A DNA stretch of 64,000 nucleotides from Glaucostegus cemiculus (taxonomy: Eukaryota), in the NCBI GenBank assembly GCA_976551045.1, contig CDPCPM010000029.1:14136001-14200000 (forward strand), given 5' to 3'. Position 1 is the first letter of the stretch. Every line of letters starts with the position of its first letter. Positions 1 through 11,300 of the stretch are shown in pieces. A program made the position numbers and the translations under genes. The notes under the pieces were generated by a model. That model ran no database searches, was not told the DNA's origin, and saw only the letters and a list, made by a program, of their open reading frames with translations.

Positions 1-399
1 GTGTACTTTTAATGCATTTAAAGGCCTTATTTTCCACACCCTTACTCAGCAAGTGAGAAACAAGAAAAAGAGCTTAAAAGATTTTTATACCATATTCAGA
101 ACAATTTCATTGGTTTCTTTGTTTTGTTAGTAAATGTTGCTGCTGGCTTATACTTTATTAGTCATTTGAATAGGTACTCAATAATTCTTCATGTTTGATA
201 CATATATTCCTTTTCTTTCCTGCTTTTGTTTGTGTGAGAGCTATATAATTATTTAGTAGAATTTTCATGTACAAACATGGGATGCTTAAGTGTGACAACA
301 AAAATGTGTCAGATATAGTATTCTAAATACACTAAAGAATCTCTTAAGCTGTTATTCATGGGGAAACAAACGTTTCACTAATGTGAGGAGAATAAGTCC

Positions 400-810
400 T
401 TCCTCTTGTCATTGCCATAATCTCCATTCCCTCAGGACTAACCCAAGTGTCTGCCTTCACTGCATTCTCAGCTGAAGCAGACTGTTCACAGACTCTGCGT
501 CCTGTTGATCCCAGGTTGATGGGATCACATGTGCATCAGCAAAGAAGCACTTTTATCTGTTGCTGAAACCCTCAAATGTGACTTTTATCACCTCCAAGCT
601 CAGTTCTTGCATTCAGTCCTGAACGCTCTCCCAAGAGTCTGATGTCAGTTTCTATCCTGCACAAAGTTCTGCTCATACATTACCAGCCTGATCCTGTGGA
701 CATACCTTGGCTACTATCCTCAGAAACCCTAAGCTAAAATTCCTGTCCTTGCCTACTATTCATAACTTTCATCAATCATACAATCCCACTTCTCCAGGAG
801 TAACTTATAT
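400..810 (-). mobile_element. Possible highly decayed Gypsy/Ty3 LTR-retrotransposon pol remnant
   Basis: Broken minus-strand frames give ELSLE, CFFADAHVIP and HQPGINRTQSL, in the order of the Gypsy pol motifs ELSV..CLL.G.RVVIP and H.HPGI.RMKSL; many stops and indels. Confidence 0.35.
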
Positions 811-959
811 GTTTGAGGTTAGATGAAGAGTGACAGGTGCTGTGTCTTGTCTTGTGTGGACATTTATAAGACCAAACATGCAGAACAGTGTGCCACTGGT
901 GGCCGATACTCCCCCGTACATTTAGCCTTAGTGACCAAATATGAATTTCTTAAGAACAT

Positions 960-1670
960 ACAAAATAGAAACAGGAATAGGCTATTCGGCCCCTTGTGCC
1001 TGCTCCACTAGGAATAAAATCAAGGCTGATCTTTTAACCCAGAAGCACTTTCTTGTACTCATATTGATTGATTCCCTTAATATCCAACAATCTGTTGATC
1101 CCTTCCTTATATATCGAAGCAACCTGAGCCTCCATGGTCCTCTTGACTAGAGGATTCTAGGATTCATGACTCTCTGGCTAAAGACATTTCTTCTCATCTC
1201 CGGTCTGAATGACCAACTCCTTATTTTGAGACAATGATCCCTGGTTCTAATCACCCTTACCAGGGGAAATATCATCCCTGCACTTAACCTCCAAATCCTG
1301 TAAGAATTTTCCATGTTACTGTGAGAGCACCTTTCATTCTAAACTTGAGAAAGTATTGGGCCGGCCTGCTCAGTCTCTCCTCACAGGACATCCAATTCCC
1401 CCACACCCCGCCCAGGAATCAGTCTGATGAAACTTCACTGCACTGGCCCATTGCAAGAACATCCTTCCCCTGAACAGCAACATCTTTCAATCTGTCACTG
1501 TTTAGAAGTACTCAGCTTTCCTATTTGCTCTACCAAAGCAGCTAACTTCATAATATTCACAATATATTCCATCTGTCATGTCCTCACCTATTAGTTAGCC
1601 TGTCCATAACCCTCTGAAGCTTCTCTCCATCTTATTCACAACCCATACTGCCATCCAGCTTTGTGTTTGA
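960..1670 (-). mobile_element. CR1/HER1-like LINE 3' fragment (decayed)
   Basis: Begins with the reverse complement of the CR1-type 3' tail (AGGAATAGGCTATTCGGCCCCTTGTGCCTGCTCC), followed by sequence resembling the reverse complement of the 43.5-44.2 kb copy. Confidence 0.7.
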
Positions 1671-2481
1671 ATGCCTCCTTTCTCCAAATTGGCTTCTCTT
1701 GTGCTTTGCCTGTTTTTTCATTCCTTCCCTAAAGCCTTCCACGTCTCCACCTTCCCCCAGCTTCCTCCAATAGAAATCTTTGGCAAGTATTTTGGTCAAC
1801 CTGCAAATCTCCCATTCCTTGGCTTGGCTTGTGTTTTCCTTTCATCACTGTGAAGCACCTTAACCTAGAAATTGGATCAATTAGCACCCACTTTTATGCA
1901 TTACTCATACATAAATCATTATAACCCCAGAGTAGACTGCACTAAAGATAATTTCCTTTTGCAAAATTGGACTGGAATCTATTCATGTTAGCGTGTCTGA
2001 TGTTTTCCATGTGCCAGGCATCTGATGGCATCACTATCTGCACAATACCCAATTCCTCCATTACCAGTGTGAATTGGAACCCATTGGTCCAAACTAAGGA
2101 CTTTGTGCATCAGTCACAGAAGAACAAGAGCACATTGCCCTGCCTTGTTCCTTGTCTCCCTGTTTAAAGGGAGGGTCTGCTGATGTCAGTGGAGCTGACT
2201 GGGCTGCATCAGACTGCAGGCTGCTCAAACACCTTCCAAAATCTGCAGTCTGAAGCCTTGTGCTAAAACTGATGGGCACTGCTTTCTCCCACAGTTAGCA
2301 GCTGAAGTACACATTCAAGGGGCACCTCGGTAGTGGCACCCCTGACAGCATTCTGTTACTAGAGGTATCATTAGGGTGTTACCTGGACACTCAGTGTGGA
2401 TCCAGGGCCAATCTGCGAAGAGTCTGCTCCCACAAAGTCTTCAAAGACACTGTCTGGACTTCTCTGATGCACAATATGTTT

Positions 2482-2620
2482 ACATTCTGACGAAGAGTCT
2501 TCCACCTAAAATGTTAATTCTGTTTCTCTTCCCACTGATGCATCCTGGCCTGATGAATATTTCCAGAATTTTCTGTTTTTATTTTAGAGTTCCAGCATCT
2601 GCATTTTAGTTTTTGCTTCA
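2482..2620 (+). mobile_element. Penelope-type terminal repeat fragment with degenerate hammerhead motif
   Basis: CTGACGA at 2487-2493, a degenerate stem II, AAAATGTTAA, then the family body (CCTGGCCTGATGAATATTTCCAG...CCAGCATCTGCA). Confidence 0.65.
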
Positions 2621-2699
2621 GTATAGTTGCATTGTCAGGTTAGCCATGGTGGTCATCACTGAGGTATGGGAAATACTGCCAGAAGGCCTTCAGCCAGGT

Positions 2700-3360
2700 T
2701 CTCATGCCCGCACCAATATTCCTTGCCTGTCAGGGTCATATTGATTCTGAACTTGTTTGCCACAGGATTTTCCTAAGCACCTGAGACTGATCTCTGTCAT
2801 GTCTCCCAATGTGCTGCTCACTGCGCCATCAGAGAAGTCACCCAGCACCACATTTGCAGGGAGATGATTTCAAGGTACTTTGACTTCAGTGTTGGCAGTG
2901 CAGACACAGGGGTTTGCCAGCGTTTGCTGGCTTCCATGACTGCAGGCAGTCATTGACTGCACTCATTCTCATCAGGTCTTGTGTTAATAACCCAGACGTT
3001 TTCATCCCCTCGGTGTGCAAATTGTTGTCGATCACCAGAAGAGTTTCCTCACGGTGATTGCCAAGTTTCTGGGAAGCACGCATGACTGGGGTTATTTTCA
3101 GTGGTCAGCACTGGCCTAAGGGATGAAGCCTGGAAGACAAGGGCTGTCTTTTACTTCCCTGGCTCCTCACACTACTGATCTCCCCAACCACAGCAAATGG
3201 GTGCAAGTACAGTGAGGGCAGTGTGGGATGTAGAAGCAGAAACTTCATACAGTGTCCTGCTTGCTGCAAAACTTTGCAAATAGCCAGTGCCCAAGGAAGT
3301 GAAGGGGGAACAGAAGGTGGAAACTGAGGAACAAGAGGGGCAGGAGGAAGGCTGAAGCTG
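2700..3360 (+). pseudogene. PIF/Harbinger (HARBI1-like, DDE_Tnp_4) transposase remnant
   Basis: Collinear motifs across frames: SQCAAHCAIREVT (about 2800-2845), AVIDCTH (2946-2966), FHPLGVQIVVDHQKSFLTVIAKFLGSTHDW (3000-3089), LEDKGCLLLPWLLT (from 3130), VSCLLQNFA (about 3252-3278), then an acidic tail. These match Harbinger GAIDCTH, FHSLNVQLVCD...FPGS.HD, LGDKGY...WL.TP and ACC.LHNF. Confidence 0.8.
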
Positions 3361-3614
3361 CCAGGATGGGATGACCAGATTCAGCATCCACATGATGTAA
3401 GGGACTCCCAGATAGAGAGCTGCTTCTCACAAGGAACATATTAAATCATAGTCTGCGCAGCAACCCACAGTATGCACTCAAACAACCTAGGACCCAAAGT
3501 GATGCTGAATAATCCATCAAAAGCAACTTTGCCGGACTGCCTGAGGTGATTACATGATATTCTTTTCTAATGTGCTTAATTACTTAGGTTACTTAGGTTA
3601 TGTTGTTACTTGAT

Positions 3615-3960
3615 TATGCTCTGATGAAGGGTTATGGATCTGAAACACTAATTGTTCCATGATTGGGGCATGGAATGCGCTGCCTGGGGCGATGGTGGAG
3701 GCAGGTACATCGGTCAAATTCAAGAGATTGCTAGATAAGCATATGGACGAATGTAAAATAGAGGGATATGTGGGAGAAACGGTTAGATAGTCTTAGGCGA
3801 GGTTTAAAGTTTGGCATAACATTGTGGACCAAAGGGCCTGTATTGTGCTGTTCTACGTTCTATGTTCCCTCTCCACAGATGCTGCCTGACCTGTTGAGTG
3901 TTAACCACATTTTCTTCTTTTGCTTCACATTTTCAGTGTTTTGCTGTTTTTGCTTAGTTA
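3615..3960 (+). mobile_element. Penelope-type repeat (hammerhead core) interrupted by a CR1-like 3' fragment (about 3659-3866)
   Basis: CTGATGAAGGGTTATGGATCTGAAAC at 3621-3646; the repeat body resumes at about 3867 (CTCTCCACAGATGCTGCCTGACCTG); the intervening LINE tail ends TTCTACGTTCTATGTTC. Confidence 0.75.
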
Positions 3961-5849
3961 TCTAAATATTTACTTACTGCAGGCAGCTTCTTACTGCAGG
4001 GCACAGCAATCAGATAAAGTTTGCATACTTTTCAAAAACAAAATAATGGTCTCTGTCCAGCTAAAAAAAAGTTCAATTCCATTAGCTCCAAATGGTTGGA
4101 ATCGATTGAAACTTGCTGTTCTTGGTGTACAGTTTGAGAGTGTGGCTAGTTTTATGGATTGATCTGGCCATATACCTATTTCTAATAATGAAGATGGCTG
4201 GTTTGAATTGATTCCAGTCAAAAGCCTGAGCAGAAAATGAATAGGAAGGGATTGCTCTTACTGCCCCCTTGATTCCTACCTCTGCCCACCTCTGTTGCCA
4301 CAATGTCCAATCTCCCATCATCCATCAGTGCCACAAAAGCTCTCTCCCCTGGTAAAGATTGCAAAAGTATTGGAATAATTTTCTTTAAATTTCCAAGAAT
4401 TTTGCAGTGGTTTGGTTGATTTCTGCTGAACTATATTAATCAAACTAAAGTACCCTGATTGAAACTATGGATGCTCTGATAATGAGAGAGGGATGTTATT
4501 CAGGGCTTAGGGCCCTGCTATGTGTCAAATAACAAAATGAGATGTTTTACATATTCCATAGCAGGCAATTAAGACTTAGATCTAACATGTCATACAAGAA
4601 ACTGCATCACAGTTTACCCTTACTGAAGTCCGAAATACTTAGCTTGAATCTGTAGGGGAGGCTAATCCAGACTTTGATTTCAACTAAGAGTGCTGCCAAT
4701 TGACCTAAACTACTTGAATATTTGCTTTAGTCACAAAGTAATAAAGTGGAGTTTATTATAATAATAACAGAAGTTCAACATTTTAAGTTGACATCTGGCT
4801 GATTGCCTTGCCTTAAAATCGTGCAATTTAATAGCTTGTATCACTACAGCTAAAAATATCTAGACTTCCAAAGAAAGATTAATATTATTAAAATTAATAT
4901 GCACCAACCCATTAACCAGATGTCAAGTTTGAGCAAACTTTGTGAAAAAAGTTATTTTTTAATTATCTACTTAATACTTGATTTATGTTTCTTTTTGTCC
5001 AACATTAAAAATATTTCATTAATTTCAGAAAAGAAACATCTTGCACAAGTCAGTTTAAACATAGTGACCAAAGAATTTTAAAATGCAAGGAAACACAAGC
5101 TAAGCTGGCACTGCACAGTGAACTTCCATCATCATTTTTATTTAATGCAGAGGTAGGTATAGATGGAGTTAGACGTGTAGACCCCACATGGTTATATATT
5201 TTAAAAAGCACATGATAAGCGCAAATGAGCCTACAGGATTTCTTGCCATGAGGGGAGATCTTAAAGGAGTCCTTCAGGTATTGGGAATGTACCGTTTGAT
5301 CTAATCGGGAGCAACAGCAAAGAAAGGAGAAAGACCCACCTCCTGCCCCATTGTATGATTGGACATTGCAGCAGCAGAGGACTCTACTGCCCCATTGTAC
5401 TCCACCCAGCCCTACCGGGAACACTCAGGGACAACTGGTCCATCAGAGGAACTTCCATGGTCTGCTTTAACAATAGACCACCTATAAGGGCTGTTATATA
5501 ACAATTTAGAGCTGTTCTTTTAACACAATCTAGCAGATCCGTGCCACAGTTAAGCACTGCTTTGCTACTTAAAGCCAATGCTGTTACTTCAGTGCATAAA
5601 TGAGGTTCAGTGATGTAGCAGCAGCATCAAATTTGTGTTGCATGTTTATTGGCATTGCTGCTGCATACCCACTTTCTTGCATGCATTGAAGCCAGTGATT
5701 CATTTTCAAATGGGGTATTGTATGCACATGGAAGTGGTGACTGCATCTTTTGTACTGACATTCAAACATGTCACACATATTATATTTCCAGGTCAATAAT
5801 GTTGATACTGGAGACATGTCAAACACACAGCAAAATTGTGTTGTTATGT

Positions 5850-5952
5850 TATTTTATGGGACGAGCACCTGAGGAGGACGGTATCTCGCTCCTATGCATA
5901 CTATGTATGTATATGGTTGTGACAATAAAACTGATTCTGATTCTGATTCTGA
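5850..5952 (+). mobile_element. Young 5'-truncated non-LTR retroelement 3' end with (CTGATT)n tail
   Basis: AATAAA followed by CTGATTCTGATTCTGATTCTGA; about 83 bp identical to the reverse complement of 61330-61412. Confidence 0.75.
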
Positions 5953-6649
5953 AAATAAATCCTTCATTACCCCAAACTGGGTACACATATGATGATACAT
6001 AACAGTGGGACACTGGAATAGAACGACCTGAAGACAAAACTAATTTTATCATTTGCTTTCGTTATGATAATGTAAGTAAACTGGATGTCAATTAGATGCT
6101 CTTAATTAGCTCACCTGTCTATCAGGCCTTACCAATTTTTCTTGATGTGAGGGAGTTTGTGTGGTGTGTGCAGGGTTGGCAGGTTGACAGGAGAGGTAGA
6201 AGGAATTGAGTGGGGCGGCTGTGTTCCAGATTTGTTTTACATGGTCAGGAGATGTTCTTCCCACGTCACAAGGAGCATTTCAGAGGCTTTAGGATCTTTT
6301 TAGAGCTGGAATGGAAACAAACACATTCCATTTCAGGTAGCAATCAGAGCCTCCAAGCAAATGTCTTTGACCAATTAATTAATAGCTGGAAACCTTGGCT
6401 CATGGTTGTGCTCATTTAAGATCCCCAAAACATCTACAACTGTGTTATATTTAGATATCATACTGTGTCAAGAAAATGGTGATAAGATATAACTGAGGAA
6501 TGATTGTGATGTTGAACCTGGTGAATTGTTTCAGCCGGGTCTTCTTAAAGGTTTTTGGTGAGGTCCTAACATTTTTTCTTTATCTATTTAGGAAACTGTG
6601 AAGCTGTGAAAATCATGAGGGACTGGTGATCAATCTTTGCTTTGGAGTC

Positions 6650-6945
6650 AAGGTTTAAGGTGAGAGGGGAGAGATTTTAAGGTTAGAGGGGGGAGATTTA
6701 ATAGGAACCTGAGGCGAAACTTTTTCACCCAGAGAGCAGTCAGTATATGGAATGAGCTGCCAGAGGAAGTGTTTGACATGAGTACATTAACAACATTTAA
6801 AGGTACTACAGGTACATGGGTAGGAAAGCTTCAGAGGGATATGGGTCAAAAGCAGACAAATGGGACTAACTTAGATGGGAATCTTGGTTGACATGGACCA
6901 TTTGGGCTGAAGGGCCTGTTTCTGTGCTGTATGACTCAATGAGTC
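6650..6945 (+). mobile_element. CR1/HER1-like LINE 3' fragment
   Basis: TTTAAGGTGAGAGGGGAGAGATTT...TGGAATGAGCTGCCAGAGGAAGTG...GAAGGGCCTGTTTCTGTGCTGTATGACTC; has an internal tandem duplication of about 23 bp at its start. Confidence 0.8.
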
Positions 6946-7057
6946 TAAAACTGTATTAAGGTTGGCATGATCTCTCACCATAATGAAATCAGAAAATTGG
7001 TGAAAACCTTGGAGGAAACTGGTTAAAGCACCATCCTGTGAATGACCAGCAAAATAT

Positions 7058-7180
7058 AACTGCAAATGTTGGAAATCTGAAATAAATATATAAAGTGCTG
7101 GAGATACGTTGAAAGTCAGGCAACAAATGTGGTGAGCAAAACAGAGCTAACTTTTCAGGTTGATGACCTTTCATCATGAA
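7058..7180 (-). mobile_element. Penelope-type terminal repeat with degenerate hammerhead motif
   Basis: Minus strand reads ATGATGA-AAGGTCATCAACCT-GAAA-AGTT-AGCTCTG followed by the family body. Confidence 0.7.
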
Positions 7181-8182
7181 AATTGAGAAAAAGTAGAAAT
7201 CAAACATGTTTTAGGTTGCAGAGAAGGCAGTACTACTGTAAAAAGGACTGTTCCACATATCCTCATATGGACATGTTGGGCCCACATGCGCTTCCACAGC
7301 TACATCTTTGATTTGGAGGAAGTGGGTGGAGTTAAAGGAGAAATTGTTCAATGTGAGGACAAGTTCAACCAGACAAAGGGGGGTGGTGGTCGAGAGGCAT
7401 GAGTTGGCAATATGCTGAAGTAAGCCCTGGCAGAACAGAATGGACTTAAAACCAATGTCATTGTCACCATTAAAATGGCAAAGCAGTTTCAGTACCGAGT
7501 GTAATGGCAGTCTGTGATGGAAGGCAATAAGCGTATTTGATTAAATAGAGATTAATAATCTAGGCAATAAATTATAAAATGTAAAATACAATCTATGATC
7601 TAAGAATTTACACTGAATTTAAGAATTCAAATGGGAAGTGCAGGATACATTAAATAATTGTAAATAGTAAAATGAAATCAAATATTCTGAAACAATTTGC
7701 TGGCATTAGATTCTTTCAGATAAGATTTAAGAAGATTGAGTGGAATTGTTCAATCAAAAGGTGTAGCTTGTGTGAATAGGGAGATAATGCACTTGTATTT
7801 TACCTTCAAAACAAGACTAAGGGAACCTCTCCAGAAGTAATAACACAACCTGTAACTTTCTGGTAATTTTCACATAAACAGAAAATGAGGAATCTGATCA
7901 GCAGAAGATGAGGAATTAAAATCTGGCCATTCCCAATGGTGACTTCATCAGTAGAGATTCCAGAACTGCTGCATTTAGCATGTCAAAAAATTGAAGATTT
8001 AAACCAATCAATGTTGACACATCAAAACCATTGTATTATCTAAAAACCTATGATGAAAAATTTAAAAAATTAAAAAATCTTTCTAACTACAATGGTTGAG
8101 GCTTATGTTAAATAACTACTAGTTTCACTCATAAATTAATATCACATAAAATCATACATAGAATAATCATACATAAAATGAT

Positions 8183-8315
8183 GTCCTGATGCAGGGTTAC
8201 AACCCAAAATGTCAACAATTGCTTTCCCCCTAGAGGTGCTGCTTGACCCACTGAGTTCTTGCAGCAGATTGTTTGTTGCTCCAGATAACAGCATCTGTAG
8301 TCTCTTGTGACTCCA
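8183..8315 (+). mobile_element. Penelope-type terminal repeat (second subfamily) with degenerate hammerhead motif
   Basis: GTC-CTGATGC-AGGGTT-AC-AACCC-AAAA-TGTC then GGTGCTGCTTGACCCACTGAGTTC...CAGCATCTGTAGTCTCTTGTG. Confidence 0.7.
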
Positions 8316-11300
8316 TACATTGATGTTTCTTTGTCCATAGGATAAGTTCAGGTATTGGACACGAGATTCACTGGATAAATGAGTAGGGATTAAGTTTACA
8401 GAGGTGAGCTGATCACTTTCACTAATGTGAGATTACCATGCCTTACTGCTCTGCTCCACACTTGATCTCACCTCAATAGTATTTCTTCACAAATTTATGT
8501 ACTTAAAACTGAAGCTGTACTTTTTGAACTGTTCCTCAATGAATAAATGGATTATGTACAAGAGAACTACATACTGCAAAATGAATGAGCAGAAGTTTTG
8601 GAAGATGTAGTGTGTCTGATTTTACAGTAACCTAAATATTTTGAAGTATTTCACTGAGACTTTAGTTTCACAAAGCACTTTCAAAATAAAGGAAAGCTCA
8701 TTTTTCATGCACTGAAAAAAAATACATCAAACATACTCCTAGTCTCCATCTACAATCATTCATTGTAATAGAAAACTGAAGTAATCAGTCAATACTTCTG
8801 ACAAATAATTCCAAATAATATTTTGATTAGTCACTTCAATAGTAATAAAGCCTTAAACATGGCTTATCTAAAATAATACTGTTTTGAATGCACCCTGGTT
8901 TTTATATCTGTTGTGTTACTGCAATAAAACCAGGCTATTGCAAGTCTGTAGGCTAAACTTTATTGGTAATGAGACCCATTGTAAGCTCCTGTAGTTGCTT
9001 CCTTCCAACCATTCCACGTATGCCGCAGGAAGCAATATTGCTTATCTTTTATCTGAAGTTGATTTCTTGGTTAGTTTCTTCACCTGAGTATTCAGTCATC
9101 CTCTGCAAAGACGAATCATCCTCCTTGTTGAAAAGATCCCTGTCAAATAAAGAACATTTTAATTGAAAAGCAATGAGTTTATTCAAATCCAGGATGCAAG
9201 TGGATACGGTATTTTTTTTGTAAATAAATTCTTTCCTTTTGCTCTTTTGGCTTCCTATATTAATTTGATGGAGCCTGATTCAGCTGAGAAATTGAGGGGG
9301 CAGGGTGCAGCTGAATCTTGATATCCTCATGATTGTTGTCAAGGCCATTCTGTGAATCACCATATTGCAAATGTATATCTGTATAACAAAGAAAGGATGT
9401 GCTATGAGCATAGGATCTTCTCAAGAATATTGGAAATGCACCCTCAGAAGGATGTTGAATCGAAAAATGCATCATTCTGTCACTACTATTATCTCCCTAC
9501 AAGTAAGCAAATAACATTGTAAGAAAACTGAACATTTCAGTCTTTACTGAAGTTTCAATATCCTTATCAGATGATCATTTCAACTATTCTCGAATATAGT
9601 TGCAGACAACTAGAGGTCTTTTAGACTTGGGCTGATAGAGCTATTATAAGATTACTGGATTGTCCATGGCAGATTTTGTAAAATTGGCAAGTAAGTCCAT
9701 TTGAAAAGTGATATTGCAGCTTTAATCTGATTTGTTCATACTGGGCAGGGAATGATTTAACTCATTGCTTTACTTTAGCACATGACCCCGATATAACCTG
9801 AAAGAGAAACACTAAGTAGCCATCCCATTTCTGCCACTGTAAATACCAAGATATGTTCTTACTATTGTTTCTAACATTGCTTGACATCTAAATTCACTTT
9901 GAATTATTGGTAAATTGATTTTGTTGTTGTTAGAAACTTGCTAAGGAAAAGCATGGGTTCTTTGCATTTATCTAAAAGACAACTAGGATAATTTGCCCTG
10001 GTTTAATATCCCTGAAATGTTTTTTGGAGGATACTGTCTGCAAATATTTCCTTTGCAAAGCTCCTGTTGATATTTGTATCTTATTACTTTTCTCATATAA
10101 GATTGACTGATAGATTCTAACAAAAAATCAGATTTCAGTATATTTTATTGAACAAAATTGAATATTGCAGGCACTAGTTCAATCGTTTTCATCACAGTGG
10201 AAACAATAAAGATCCAACACACTTCAACTTAGACATGTATCAAGGAGCACCATGTATTGTGAATTGAGGAAACAGGTAATTAAAGGAAAATTGTAAGATA
10301 TTACCTTCAAGTCTGTATGAGTTGATAAGTTTATTTTCTTTTTGCTTCATATGTTTTTAGCTAAGAGATATTTACCAAAAGAAAATTACTGTAGGTGTAG
10401 TGGATTTCTGCATCCAAAAGCAATACTGCAACAATCTGTTTGTTTTATTTTGTCAGTTTAACAATAAAGTGCCTGTAGTATTGCCACAAGATATAGAAAT
10501 AAATGGATTTGCTATACATGTGAGGCAACACTGCCCATGCAGCTTTAAGTGAAGGACGATAAAGTGCATTACTTGTTTGTTTTTACTTTGATTAAAGTAA
10601 CAAATGATTAAAAGCACTTTTGCAATTTTTTTCTCGAGGATCAATAAATGTTTTTTTTTAACGTTGGCAACACTGTTAATGCATTTTTATTAAACACAAA
10701 TCTTAATGTTGACAAAACAAGTTTAGGATTCACTCTATCATTTGAAACAGAGGCGGCAATATTTACTTAGGCTTTACATTCTCTTATATATCTGCAGACT
10801 TTCTACTAATAATCACCTTTGCTGCATAGTCAGAGATAACCCTTACTTTGCCAGATAACAAGAGATTTAGTATTGATTTTTGACATCTGCCTAAATTACA
10901 AGATTCTCTCTCCCCCTTTATCCAGAAAATGGTAAACAATATTATGAAGCAAAAGAAGAGAAATAATCAGATTTCTGGGAAGATTTTACTGCTTTGGAGG
11001 CTAGCAGTGAACGATGTGTGCTTTTATGGAGATGGACGATGAAAAGCAAAATAATATCTCCCAACTCTGATTGTTCAAATATATTCTACAATACGGAGAG
11101 CTGCAAGCAGGCTGGAGCAGGCATGGGGCAGGAAGGTTAAGTAGAGAAAAAGGCACAATACTTCAGATTGGCAGCAGACTGCAGCAAGAATAATCTAATC
11201 AAAACTAAATTCAATTATCTATTCCCAGGGCAGGCTCCTGAGGCTGCTGCACTGAATACTAGGATAGCTCCTCCTAGACATTTTTCCTAGTCAAAGTTGC

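Noticed and set aside
8135-8180. Short imperfect tandem repeats (also about 3580, 22543, 23701 and 48303)
   Set aside because: Ordinary slippage duplications with no repeat-spacer organisation; not CRISPR-like.
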